In this document: in pieces, positions 18,748 through 28,456 of the stretch
Position numbering within the stretch: position 1 is the first letter of the stretch
Layout of the letters: the number at the start of each line of letters is the position of its first letter
IMG/VR virus record: IMGVR_UViG_3300032330_000970
Direction: 5' to 3' (one strand)
Origin: an uncultured virus (IMG/VR IMGVR_UViG_3300032330_000970)
Taxonomy: Duplodnaviria > Heunggongvirae > Uroviricota > Caudoviricetes
Length of the DNA stretch: 64,000 nucleotides
Translations under genes and position numbers: made by a program
The notes under the pieces: generated by a model
What the model saw: only the letters and a program-made list of their open reading frames with translations
What the model was told of the DNA's origin: nothing
The model's database searches: none

Positions 18748-20334
18748 TCAACGATTTTGTCCCTGATTAACTATGTTGGACTCAGGTGTTTGGCCAAGTC
18801 CAGGGAGTTCTCCCAACTGTTGTTTAAGCTTGGCTACAATCTCTCTTACAGGACGACCACGATATAACGCATCTGGATTGGCATTATATATGGAAACAAC
18901 TTCTGCAACTTTGGACATCGTTTCAGGTGAAAGTTGAGCTTTTTGCGTTCCTGGAACAGTTGGAATAGTTGCCGTACCGGGAGCCTGAACCATATCAAAC
19001 TTACTGGGTGAAGTTACTCGAGGTTTTAGACTGGCCGTTTTTTCCAACTCTTCTTTACTTTGCCCTGTGATGGGAGCCATTCCAAGATTTTGAGTCATCC
19101 GCATAAACGTATCAGGTCGATCCAAATATCCTGGTTTTTGAACATCGTCAACCCAACGTTTGTTGGCTTCTTTTACAATTTTTGTAAGTTTGCCAGTTTG
19201 CGGATCAATTGCCCCATCATATCCCACTGATGGTGTAAGGTCGGGCGGGGCAATCGGAAAATCTTTTACCGTTTCGCCGGTCCTAGGGTCAATCTGAGGG
19301 GCTCCAAGGTATTTATTTTGAGCCATTAAACGTTCGCCAATTCGAATGTTCTGAGCATCCATTGCCTTTAAAGTTTCAATTGATTTAGCCTTGTTCGCTT
19401 CAAACATGATGCGTCTTTTTTTGTTCACATAATCGGTAGAAGATTTTGCTTCTTCGCTCGAATACTTCGGATCGTTTTGAAGTTCGTCCCATTTCTTTTG
19501 ATAGTCTGGAATCAATTGTCCCAAGTTTGCCCTGTCTTCAAATTCGCCCAAAGATGTTCCCAATTCGGACTTCAAATAATCATCGTGTCTTTTGGCCACG
19601 GTTTGCGTTACCGCGGATAAAGACGACGCAAGTCTTTCGTCGCGGTTACCTAGAGCGGCATAACGTTTATTAACATCGTCAATTTTATTTCGTAAACTCT
19701 CAGGGCTTAGTCCGTCAACTTTTGTAAAGTTAATTTCATTGATAAGATCAATAGCTTGACCTTGAGTTTTAACATTTGTCTGATCTTGATCTAGTTGACG
19801 TTTTGCCGAAACCAAAGCCATCGCATTTTTATAGGCATCGTTTCTCTGTTTTAAATTAAGGATTGAACCGGAAGCTTTGTTTGTAACCTCAATAAGTTTT
19901 GTCGGATCATCGCTTTCCAACGCAATCCTAAATTCATTTTCTAAGGAACTAGCAGCTAGCTCTTGATCTCTTTCAACTTGTTTTTGTTCAACCTCATGCA
20001 AATCTTTGAGTTGGCTCCACTTAAATTTTCGTTCGTCTAAATCTCTCTCGACAGCTTTAGCCTGCGCCGCGGCTTGCGACTTTATTAAATCGCTAGCATT
20101 TTGAGCATCAGCCGCAGCAATTCGAGCCGTGTTAATTTCGGCTGCTTGGGCTTGATTTGCCGCCTGTTGGTTTAACTGAGCATAAGAAAAATTAAGTCTA
20201 TTTTCTTCAAGTTGTTTTTGTTGGGCCAATTGTTGTTCCTGAAGAGACAATTGGGCTTTTTTCAAATAGTTTTCGCGCAAATCACCAATGATTCCGCGCA
20301 CTTGATTGACATAATCTGGAGCTACTGGTGTCAT
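18748..20334 (-). CDS. Coiled-coil internal virion (ejection) protein
   Basis: Q/A/E-rich helical N-terminus; position between tail and giant protein genes. Confidence 0.7.
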   Translation of the reverse strand: MTPVAPDYVNQVRGIIGDLRENYLKKAQLSLQEQQLAQQKQLEENRLNFSYAQLNQQAANQAQAAEINTARIAAADAQNASDLIKSQAAAQAKAVERDLDERKFKWSQLKDLHEVEQKQVERDQELAASSLENEFRIALESDDPTKLIEVTNKASGSILNLKQRNDAYKNAMALVSAKRQLDQDQTNVKTQGQAIDLINEINFTKVDGLSPESLRNKIDDVNKRYAALGNRDERLASSLSAVTQTVAKRHDDYLKSELGTSLGEFEDRANLGQLIPDYQKKWDELQNDPKYSSEEAKSSTDYVNKKRRIMFEANKAKSIETLKAMDAQNIRIGERLMAQNKYLGAPQIDPRTGETVKDFPIAPPDLTPSVGYDGAIDPQTGKLTKIVKEANKRWVDDVQKPGYLDRPDTFMRMTQNLGMAPITGQSKEELEKTASLKPRVTSPSKFDMVQAPGTATIPTVPGTQKAQLSPETMSKVAEVVSIYNANPDALYRGRPVREIVAKLKQQLGELPGLGQTPESNIVNQGQNR

Positions 20335-20337
20335 AAA

Positions 20338-21933
20338 TTAAGCTCTCAATTGTGGCACATAAGCCGAACCTGTCCAGTTTTGAGCTTCTTGCTGAGCTTG
20401 TTGCTGAGCTTGTTGCTGTTGTTGCCTGATTTGTGATACTAAAATTTGACCACCTGGTCCTTTTAATCGAGAAGCGGGAATATTTACCCCACCCATATTA
20501 ATCATAAAATCACTCGAAGAACTTGGCGAACTTGCCGCAATTGCCGCGCTCACGGAACCGGGAACCGTTGGCCTTTGAGCCAAATATTCACCCGGCTTGA
20601 AAGATACAAACTGGCCTTTCTTAATATCAAACTGACCCGGCAATGCTTGACTCTGCCAAGCATTTAAAGCATTAGCATTTGCAATTTGGCTGTTGTATTG
20701 AGCCTGATCAGTCAAAGCTGAAAATACCTGGCTTGGAGAAATCAATTTGCTAGCTTCAAAATTTGAACGGGCTAAAGTAGACTGTTGAGCCATATTTGCC
20801 ATGTTATTATATACATCTTGTGGCTTAACGTAAACAGCATTAAAAATAGTATTTGGGTCAACGTTGTTGCGATTTAAAATTGCCGTATTGGCGTTAGCTG
20901 TGCTGGTAATTGCGCTTAAAATTGAAGCTGGGTTAGTTATAAATTGAGCCTGATTAGAAATAAGCGGTGACACAAATTCAGCTCCGGTCACTGGCATTGT
21001 TTCGCGGCCAACAGTTGCCGCAAGTTTCGCGGTCTGTTCTAACAATCCGGCTCCAGCGGATTGAAGTTGTAAACTAGTCAATCCCAAATCGCGGGCAACA
21101 ATGTTTCTTCCAATACCACCTCCGTATAGACCGGTAGCAAAACCCTTTGCGGCTGAATTTCTAAAAACTTGATCAACTACATCTTGCGGAATTTTACCAG
21201 CTAAATAATCCGTTGTAAGTTTGTTGGCCTTTGCCATATTTTGTTGATAGCCTGGCATTGCGGCGGCAAATTGAGCTTGATACTTTGCGTTAAGTTGGGC
21301 GGCCATGTTACTGGCTTGACCAACAATTCTGTCCATCATGTTTGGGTCTTGTTTATTTAAAGTAGCTGCAGCGGAAGCGGCTTGAGATACAATATCGGAT
21401 ATTGATGTTACTGCGGGAGCTCCGTTGATTCCGGAGATCATGGCCTGAATTTGTTTGTCCGAAAGATTTAATTGTCCAGCAATAGATTTCGCATCAGCTG
21501 CAAGTTTATTTTGGTCAACAAAAAAGCTTGGATTTACTCCGCTGTTAAGTTGACTAAAAGTATTTCTAAAATCACCCATCACTCCAGATAAATCAACACC
21601 TTGTACGGTAGGGGCCGAACCTAAGAAAAACTCTACAGGAGTAGCTTGCGATTGTTGTGATGTCGATTGATTAAAAGAACCTCCCCCGCCGCTATAAGAA
21701 ACTCTTCCTCCAGTAGAAAATACGTTCCTGGATGGAACGCGGCTCCCAGTCGCCCCATACTGGCTTTGTGAAGGCATATTCGCCCACAAACTTCCCGAGC
21801 CTGGAGCCATAACTTGTTGACTGGTTTGCTGACTAATCGGAGAACTCATATACGCATTCCAGGCGGCATCGCCACTAGAATAAGAAGGAGCTGCTCCTCC
21901 ACCACCCAGATAATCAAAAACCATATTAGCCAT
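20338..21933 (-). CDS. Internal virion/DNA-injection protein
   Basis: A/S/G/Q-rich; GKIPQDVVDQV..ARDLGLTSLQLQ; synteny. Confidence 0.7.
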   Translation of the reverse strand: MANMVFDYLGGGGAAPSYSSGDAAWNAYMSSPISQQTSQQVMAPGSGSLWANMPSQSQYGATGSRVPSRNVFSTGGRVSYSGGGGSFNQSTSQQSQATPVEFFLGSAPTVQGVDLSGVMGDFRNTFSQLNSGVNPSFFVDQNKLAADAKSIAGQLNLSDKQIQAMISGINGAPAVTSISDIVSQAASAAATLNKQDPNMMDRIVGQASNMAAQLNAKYQAQFAAAMPGYQQNMAKANKLTTDYLAGKIPQDVVDQVFRNSAAKGFATGLYGGGIGRNIVARDLGLTSLQLQSAGAGLLEQTAKLAATVGRETMPVTGAEFVSPLISNQAQFITNPASILSAITSTANANTAILNRNNVDPNTIFNAVYVKPQDVYNNMANMAQQSTLARSNFEASKLISPSQVFSALTDQAQYNSQIANANALNAWQSQALPGQFDIKKGQFVSFKPGEYLAQRPTVPGSVSAAIAASSPSSSSDFMINMGGVNIPASRLKGPGGQILVSQIRQQQQQAQQQAQQEAQNWTGSAYVPQLRA

Positions 21934-21936
21934 AAA

Positions 21937-23169
21937 TTACGCCATGTTGGGGATTTCACCCATTGCAAATGCTCTCATCTGAACTTGCGGACGGCCAATA
22001 TTGGCTCCGTCCACTTCTTTAAGTTCTTCTTTCAAAAGTTCCACAGCTTTATCCTCATAGATTTTGGCTTCAACAAGATTGTTGTTCTCTTCCTTCTCAA
22101 TGGCAATTGCCATCATCTTGAGGGCTCCAAGGTTGGTGACAATAAGATCGTCATCGTCACCTGTAACTGGAATGAATTTACGTTTGGCAAGTACCGTAAC
22201 GGCGGAACCTTCTTCATTCTCAAAACCTGGAATTGCATATCTTCTATACTGCGGTAAAGTTTCATCCGGCGCAAGTATGGCAATGCAATTTTCAGCTGCT
22301 GTGATTGGATCGACCGCATAGACGCGGACCCAACCTTTTGTGGGGCTTTTGTTTATTGCATCGATGCTTCTGAAGGCATTTCTTGTAGTGCGAGGGAGTT
22401 CCGTAAAAGTTCCTTGAGACCAAAAAGCATCAGATAACCAAGGGTATTCTGCATTATTAGCAAGTTGAGAATTAACAATAATTCCTACTAATGGATCAGG
22501 AGAAGATACTCTCCATTCGGATTCTATTGAATCATAAGAAATCACATATCCTTTAAGATTTTTATACGCTGGCTTTGAATTTGTTATTTTATACCAAGCA
22601 TAAACACCGTTTGCTTCCGGATAATTTCCGGGCATGCCGGAAACTAAAACACTGGAATTACCCGACCCAGCGCTTAGATTTAATCGCTCGCCGTCGATAT
22701 AGGCGCCATTTTCTTGGGTTTGAATTCGGTTGTTGTAAGTATCTGATCCACGAAACAAAATGGTCAAAGTGGAGTCTTCTATAAGATCGGTATAAACTCG
22801 AATGAAACTTTGATTTGCCAAAGACCTAAAACACGGAACATAACCTCGGTCAATTAACTGGCGCCAATCCCCGGCTTGAATCGTTCCCGGACCATTTGCC
22901 ATAAATTCATACCATTGATTATAAACTTGTGCTGGAACTCCCCCAAAGTTATACCCTAGGATTGATTCGAATTCGCGGGGAAGGGTGATACACCCGCCAT
23001 AAACACAAACAGAATATCGGCCATAAGTTCCGGCATACAATCCTTTATTAAGCAAACGTTCTTGAGCTTCATTGACTCTAGCCAAGAGCTGAGGGTCCGA
23101 CGCGCACATTCCATTTTGTGTGACTCTGGCCAATTGTTCTCTGACCGAGCCGTAGGTTCTGCGAATCAT
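21937..23169 (-). CDS. Tail tubular protein A-like / head-tail adaptor
   Basis: Helical N- and C-termini (RVNEAQERLL; ALKMMAIAI) around a beta core; podovirus synteny. Confidence 0.55.
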   Translation of the reverse strand: MIRRTYGSVREQLARVTQNGMCASDPQLLARVNEAQERLLNKGLYAGTYGRYSVCVYGGCITLPREFESILGYNFGGVPAQVYNQWYEFMANGPGTIQAGDWRQLIDRGYVPCFRSLANQSFIRVYTDLIEDSTLTILFRGSDTYNNRIQTQENGAYIDGERLNLSAGSGNSSVLVSGMPGNYPEANGVYAWYKITNSKPAYKNLKGYVISYDSIESEWRVSSPDPLVGIIVNSQLANNAEYPWLSDAFWSQGTFTELPRTTRNAFRSIDAINKSPTKGWVRVYAVDPITAAENCIAILAPDETLPQYRRYAIPGFENEEGSAVTVLAKRKFIPVTGDDDDLIVTNLGALKMMAIAIEKEENNNLVEAKIYEDKAVELLKEELKEVDGANIGRPQVQMRAFAMGEIPNMA

Positions 23170-23591
23170 GAGTAGTTACCAACGTAAACTTTATATTTAA
23201 ACCCGGTGGGAGGTGAGGTTGGAGTTGCGGGAGTAACCACTTTTTGTCCCGAAACCGTATAAGATGTTCCACCTGTACCCCAAGGGTTTCCAATAACAGA
23301 GGCTTCTGGAACCATAATTATGTCCCCAAAATTAAATTGTGTAAACTCGGTCCAAGCTCCGTTAATATATAAATTAACCGTAGTTGGATTTCCGTCAACG
23401 GAAGATAACCTAAACCAAACTTTGTCAAGATCATTTCCCGTTGGTGTTGAAGAAGAAACAATTCCGGTTCTTAAATTGTCTGGATATTCTACGGTCAAAT
23501 ATGAAGAAGCAACATTTAAAAACTCTTGAAAATTACCTGGATAAGGAGTGCCAGCTGGTACAACTCCGGAACTAAGGGGAATATCAGCCAT
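23166..23591 (-). CDS. Tail protein; short paralog of 26420..28453
   Basis: DKVWF, WTEF..GDIIMVP, PWG and PPTGFKYKVYVG are shared with the ends of the 677-aa protein. Confidence 0.75.
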   Translation of the reverse strand: MADIPLSSGVVPAGTPYPGNFQEFLNVASSYLTVEYPDNLRTGIVSSSTPTGNDLDKVWFRLSSVDGNPTTVNLYINGAWTEFTQFNFGDIIMVPEASVIGNPWGTGGTSYTVSGQKVVTPATPTSPPTGFKYKVYVGNYS

Positions 23592-23600
23592 AGCTAACTT

Positions 23601-23628
23601 AGATTAAAGGGTTCAATTTGCATGTCAA
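23601..23628 (-). promoter_or_regulatory. Sigma70-type promoter, near-leaderless
   Basis: TTGACA-N16-TAATCT-N9-ATG(23591). Confidence 0.7.
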
Positions 23629-23630
23629 GG

Positions 23631-26423
23631 TTAACCAGTTACAGTTATATTCAAAATTTCAGGGTTACTGGTATAGACATTATTGGTAGCGGTAATCGAT
23701 GTATCTGTTACAACGGGTTGTACCTCTTTTCCAACCTTTCGTATGGTGTGGTTATTTGTATCGGCCACATATACATATCCAATCGCGGCGGCAATTCCTG
23801 TAGGATTATTAAACGAGGCCGCGTTTCCAGCCCCATTTGCTGAACCTGTTTTCCCGGAAGCATTAGCAAAAATTTGAAGTCTATAATTTCCTAGAAGATT
23901 TGCTTGACTTATAGAATTGTAGATAGAATTAGTTAAGTAAAGACTTCCATCGGGACTGATAGAGAAATTACTACAATCTCCGCCCAAACGGGCTCGCGAA
24001 TCTGATACCGAGCTGGCATGAACCCTCTGAACATCTGATATATAACCCTGTGCGGAAAGATATTTACTTCCAGTTGCACTGCCACAAGGGGATTGATCTG
24101 ACACTAAAAGATCTGGAAAAGATGAAGTCGAATCAAATCCGCGATAAATCCAATTGTATAACAATCCTGCATTTGTGTCTTGAATTAAAAACCACATTCT
24201 TCGTTCACTATTTCCAGTATTGGAATTTACATACATTCCATCATAGGCCAAATCAATTATCCGTCTTGAAACATTTGTAGATATTCTGCTAACAGTACCA
24301 GTTGAAGTTATTTTTATATAGGTTCCAATTTGAAAGTTGTCAGCTACATAAACATTTTCATTTTCATCAACGGTTATTCCCGTTGGATTTAAAAGTCCTG
24401 ACGAAACAAAAGTTGATACAACTCCTGCGGGCGTAATTTTCTTAACAAGATTATTTGCCGTATCAGTAACATATACATTTCCAGAAGGAGCGTAAGCCAA
24501 GTATTTTGGTTCATTCAAACCAGTGGCCAGTGTTGTAACTACTCCAAGTGGGGTCATTTTTCTAATTGCACCATTTCCCGTATCGGCAATATATAAATTA
24601 CCAGAAGGAGAAAGTTTTAATCCTTGAGGACTTGAAAATCTGGCTGCTGATCCAGTCCCGTTTACAAAACCAGAAGATCCTGCGGAACCGGCAAAAGTTG
24701 TTGTGCTGGAATTCTGAGGATTGAGTGTAACTTTTGAAACATAACCACCTGTTGAATAACCAATGTCTGGACCGGTTGAGGAATAAAAATTATTTAAACT
24801 ATCTCCGAAGAGAAGTATTCCGCCAAACGGCATTGTACTCACATCGGGATATCTTAAAGCTCCGGATAATAACCGATTGGTGTATCGTCCGTTTGCATTA
24901 TCGTCAAAAGTTAATGAATATAAACTACTACCTTGAGTAAAATATACGGTTTCATTTGCGTCGACCCAAATTCCAGATATCGGAGCATCGTCTTGAATAT
25001 ACGTATTCTTTGTCAAATTAGAAGCATTTGGCGGTATACCAATTGCTTGCCATGTTCCTGATGAAGAAATACGTAAAATAGCCCCTTTACTTCCACTATA
25101 AGGGGAAACACCAACATAAATGTATCCGGAAGAAGAAGATATTGTTAAAACAGAAAACTTTCCACCGGCATTTGCGGAAGATGTAACATCCCCATATCCG
25201 AGTCCAGAAGAAGAAATTCCCGATACAAAAGTTTGAGAAGTGGCATTAAAAGAAGAATAAACCCCGGCGGATGTTCTTTTTATAAGCGTATTATCTGGCG
25301 TCCCAGATAACAAGTAAAGAGTAGCAGGGTCAACAAAATCGCATGCCATAGAATAAAAAGGTTTATCAGTTGGAAGGCCAGTTAAATAAGTTCTGCTAGT
25401 ATTGTAAATTGAAAGTACCCCATACGTACTAGCTTGCTCATTATAATAACCAATAAAAATTGGACTGTTTGAACGCAAAGCTATACTAATTGGTCTTTGA
25501 AAATTAAACGCATTAGACTGGCTAGTGACAGAAGAATACTTACCAGAAGCGTCGCGCTTCTGTACGGTAAAGGTATGAAAAACATAAGGATTTGTATAAG
25601 TCGTAACACTAAAATAGTATATAGATCCGTCTGATTCTACAGCAAATGCTGAATCTCGCCAAAGAGATGTTACTGACGGTATATCGTATGTACTTCTAAA
25701 AGTTACAGTCTTCTCGAGAGCCGGAATAGTAGCCAAACCAGAGGGATCAGATATAACTGGTGTTCCTGAAATTTTTCCAGTTCCGGCATCGAGGTTCAAT
25801 CCGGTCGGCAAAGGAGCAGCACTAAAAGACAAAGGAGATTTGGTCGCGGTAATAGTATACGGAGTTATGGGAAAATTTTGCACAAATGTAAGTGGGGTTA
25901 AGGAGCTTGTAATTACAGGTCGTTGTTGTATTGTCAAAATTAAATTTTGATACCCAGTCCCGGCGGCATTTGTTGCACTCAATACAACGGTGGTTGTTTC
26001 AACTGGATTATCAGAAGCAGAAGTCGGAGTTCCGGAAATTAATCCGGAAGATGTGTTTACAGTTAATCCTGTCGGTAAATTAGTAGCGTTGTAAGATAAA
26101 ATAGCTGTTGGAGAACTGGCCGTAATCTGGTAAGAAAAAGCCGTGCCCATTTCATGTGTTCTAGTATCGGGACTTGTTATAAAAGGTGTAAGCGGAGCTG
26201 TTACAGTTAAATCAAGAACGGCCGCACTAGTTCCACCTATTCCACGCGCTAAAATTGTCACAGCAAACCGACCGGGTTGAATTGGTATTCCAGAAATAAG
26301 TCCACTTTGGCTCAAAGTTAACCCATTTGGTAAATTGACCGAAGCAAAAAATAAACTGTTAGGGGCAGTAATAACTTTACTATATGAATCACCGGCCGTT
26401 ACAGTTTGATAAATAATTGTCAT
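23631..26423 (-). CDS. Putative-Ig (He_PIG) plus NHL-repeat beta-propeller protein; candidate receptor-binding/tail appendage
   Basis: Three LPxGL..G.ISG.P repeats; NHL motifs AARFSSPQGL..LYIADTGNGAIRK, VYVTDTANN, VYVADTNNHTIRK. Confidence 0.85.
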   Translation of the reverse strand: MTIIYQTVTAGDSYSKVITAPNSLFFASVNLPNGLTLSQSGLISGIPIQPGRFAVTILARGIGGTSAAVLDLTVTAPLTPFITSPDTRTHEMGTAFSYQITASSPTAILSYNATNLPTGLTVNTSSGLISGTPTSASDNPVETTTVVLSATNAAGTGYQNLILTIQQRPVITSSLTPLTFVQNFPITPYTITATKSPLSFSAAPLPTGLNLDAGTGKISGTPVISDPSGLATIPALEKTVTFRSTYDIPSVTSLWRDSAFAVESDGSIYYFSVTTYTNPYVFHTFTVQKRDASGKYSSVTSQSNAFNFQRPISIALRSNSPIFIGYYNEQASTYGVLSIYNTSRTYLTGLPTDKPFYSMACDFVDPATLYLLSGTPDNTLIKRTSAGVYSSFNATSQTFVSGISSSGLGYGDVTSSANAGGKFSVLTISSSSGYIYVGVSPYSGSKGAILRISSSGTWQAIGIPPNASNLTKNTYIQDDAPISGIWVDANETVYFTQGSSLYSLTFDDNANGRYTNRLLSGALRYPDVSTMPFGGILLFGDSLNNFYSSTGPDIGYSTGGYVSKVTLNPQNSSTTTFAGSAGSSGFVNGTGSAARFSSPQGLKLSPSGNLYIADTGNGAIRKMTPLGVVTTLATGLNEPKYLAYAPSGNVYVTDTANNLVKKITPAGVVSTFVSSGLLNPTGITVDENENVYVADNFQIGTYIKITSTGTVSRISTNVSRRIIDLAYDGMYVNSNTGNSERRMWFLIQDTNAGLLYNWIYRGFDSTSSFPDLLVSDQSPCGSATGSKYLSAQGYISDVQRVHASSVSDSRARLGGDCSNFSISPDGSLYLTNSIYNSISQANLLGNYRLQIFANASGKTGSANGAGNAASFNNPTGIAAAIGYVYVADTNNHTIRKVGKEVQPVVTDTSITATNNVYTSNPEILNITVTG

Positions 26424-28453
26424 AAAAATATTGGTGGAGGAAGGGGATTTTGTATTCGTGCTCCAATATAGTATTTATATTTAAAGCCAGATGGAGGAGT
26501 TGGTAAAGTTGGTACAGTAAAATAAGTTTCACCCCAAGGAGTTAGGTCATAAGTTTTTTCTGATTCACCCCATGGAAATTTAGTTTCAAAAGTATCTGGA
26601 ACAAGAATAATATCCCCTCGAATAGAAGTGGAAAACTCATACCAGGAATTAAGTTGTTGATTATAGTTTCTAAGGGATTGAGTATTATAAGTAGTTGTGG
26701 GAATGCCAGAAGACACACTAATAATCAACCCTTTTGTCCCAGTCCCAAAACTATTTGTGGCACTTAAAGAAACAATAAAAACCCCGGACTGCGTTGGAGT
26801 TCCAGATATAACTCCTGTACTACTGTCTATGGATAAACCGGAAGGTAATCCAGTGGCGCCATAAGAAGAAGCTTGCGGAGCAGAGGTTACGCTTAAAGAA
26901 AAAGAAGAACTAGTATCTGTATCAACTGAATTTACCGTTGTGATTCCGGGTGTTCCAGCAAAGATCATGGATCCAGAAGCCCCAATCTGTATGTAATTGT
27001 AAGTAAGGGTATAAATTGGTTGTCTAAAATATACTTTAGAATCTGGTCCAAGTAGTAGAGCTCCGGCATTATTTATAATAGTTTCTCCCGATGGAACTGT
27101 TAAAAGTTTTTTATCCAATATTCCAGAGGTGGCATTTAAACGGCCTATATAATAATTTACAGGCTCTGAAAAATCAAAAGGACTTGCAAAAGTAGTGTCA
27201 AGAAATGGAATTTGCGCATAATATCTTTGATAAGTTCCTGAAATGGAAATTGACGGTAGAGTTTTATTAAAAGGTTTAAGAGTACCGGCGTCAGTATTAG
27301 TTATTACTTGCCCTCCAGGAAAAGATTTTCCTTGATACTTCAAGTTAAACCAATAGCTTGGGTCTGAAGAAGAAAAAGCGCGAGTTGTGATAAAAGTTGA
27401 ATCCGGAAAAACAAGGGTAGTGCTCATGGGGCTAGTAGCTGAGCTTAAATAGCCCCAATAAGGATCGACAGAAAGGACACCTGAAGAATACAGAAGGCGA
27501 GTTAAAATATTAGCGTTTCTTACATCAACATATATACCCCCATCGGGAGCAAGCTGAAGTTTTCTAACTACGTCATATGAGACACTTGGGATATTTCCAT
27601 TAAATACTAAACTTCCGCTGGGATTAAGTACAGCAAGACCATTGAATACGGTGCTGCTTTTATATTTACCAAGACCCTCACCGCTTATAGCTCCACCAAC
27701 AATTATATTTCCATCCGGCATTACAAGCATATCTACAACAAAATTCTGGTCAGGACTGTTGATAGTATTAAAGCCAATCCCGGAAGCAAAGGTTGAATTG
27801 TAACTACCGTCAGTATTAATACTAACTATTCTTCCAGCATTGTTTGTTCCGTATTTATTAAAATATCCTGCGGCATATAATTTACCATCAGAAGCAAAGG
27901 CAATTTTAAAAATAGAAGGCTCATGTACGGCAATTCCCTCAATAGTAAAATCTTCGATAAATTCCAAACTGGTAAAACTTGTATCTCTAGTTCCGTTATT
28001 ATTTATTTTATAAATTCTAGCTCCTTCTCCAGCTATCAAATCAAGTCCAGCGACATAAACAGCTCCGGTTTTTGAAATAGCTAAAGTATTTACTTTGGCA
28101 GATGTTCCGCCATTTAACCACGAAGCAGTTGAAAAAGTTGCGTCAATATCTCCATTGGTGTCAAAAGCAATAAGATTGGTTCCTTGCGGATTAGCTGTAA
28201 TTAATCTTGAAGTGTAGGAAGCTGGGGCCGGTGTTGGTAAAGGAGTAGGTGATATTCCGGTACCCGCAGTAGCTTGAACCCAAATCTTATTTTGCTGATC
28301 GTTATTTGGAACTTTATTTGAAAAAGTGTATAACTCGGGATCCGCTGTTTTGTCAACAGTTCCATTTAAACCCATATACGACACGGCGTCAGGCAAAATC
28401 CTGGGGTAGTCCTTAAATTGAGATGGCGTAAAAGATACTGTGTATTCAGACAT
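26420..28453 (-). CDS. Tail protein with delta-60-like beta-propeller repeats and a He_PIG domain
   Basis: GDIDATF, GTRDTSF, DGKLYAAG.F, DGNIIVGG repeats; GLPSGLSIDSSTGVISGTPT. Confidence 0.8.
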   Translation of the reverse strand: MSEYTVSFTPSQFKDYPRILPDAVSYMGLNGTVDKTADPELYTFSNKVPNNDQQNKIWVQATAGTGISPTPLPTPAPASYTSRLITANPQGTNLIAFDTNGDIDATFSTASWLNGGTSAKVNTLAISKTGAVYVAGLDLIAGEGARIYKINNNGTRDTSFTSLEFIEDFTIEGIAVHEPSIFKIAFASDGKLYAAGYFNKYGTNNAGRIVSINTDGSYNSTFASGIGFNTINSPDQNFVVDMLVMPDGNIIVGGAISGEGLGKYKSSTVFNGLAVLNPSGSLVFNGNIPSVSYDVVRKLQLAPDGGIYVDVRNANILTRLLYSSGVLSVDPYWGYLSSATSPMSTTLVFPDSTFITTRAFSSSDPSYWFNLKYQGKSFPGGQVITNTDAGTLKPFNKTLPSISISGTYQRYYAQIPFLDTTFASPFDFSEPVNYYIGRLNATSGILDKKLLTVPSGETIINNAGALLLGPDSKVYFRQPIYTLTYNYIQIGASGSMIFAGTPGITTVNSVDTDTSSSFSLSVTSAPQASSYGATGLPSGLSIDSSTGVISGTPTQSGVFIVSLSATNSFGTGTKGLIISVSSGIPTTTYNTQSLRNYNQQLNSWYEFSTSIRGDIILVPDTFETKFPWGESEKTYDLTPWGETYFTVPTLPTPPSGFKYKYYIGARIQNPLPPPIFL

Positions 28454-28456
28454 AAA

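Noticed and set aside
18719..18751. TTGACG upstream of the giant gene as a member of the promoter family
   Set aside because: The -10 at N16/17 (TTGAAT/TGAATA) does not fit. It may be a weak variant, so it was not called.
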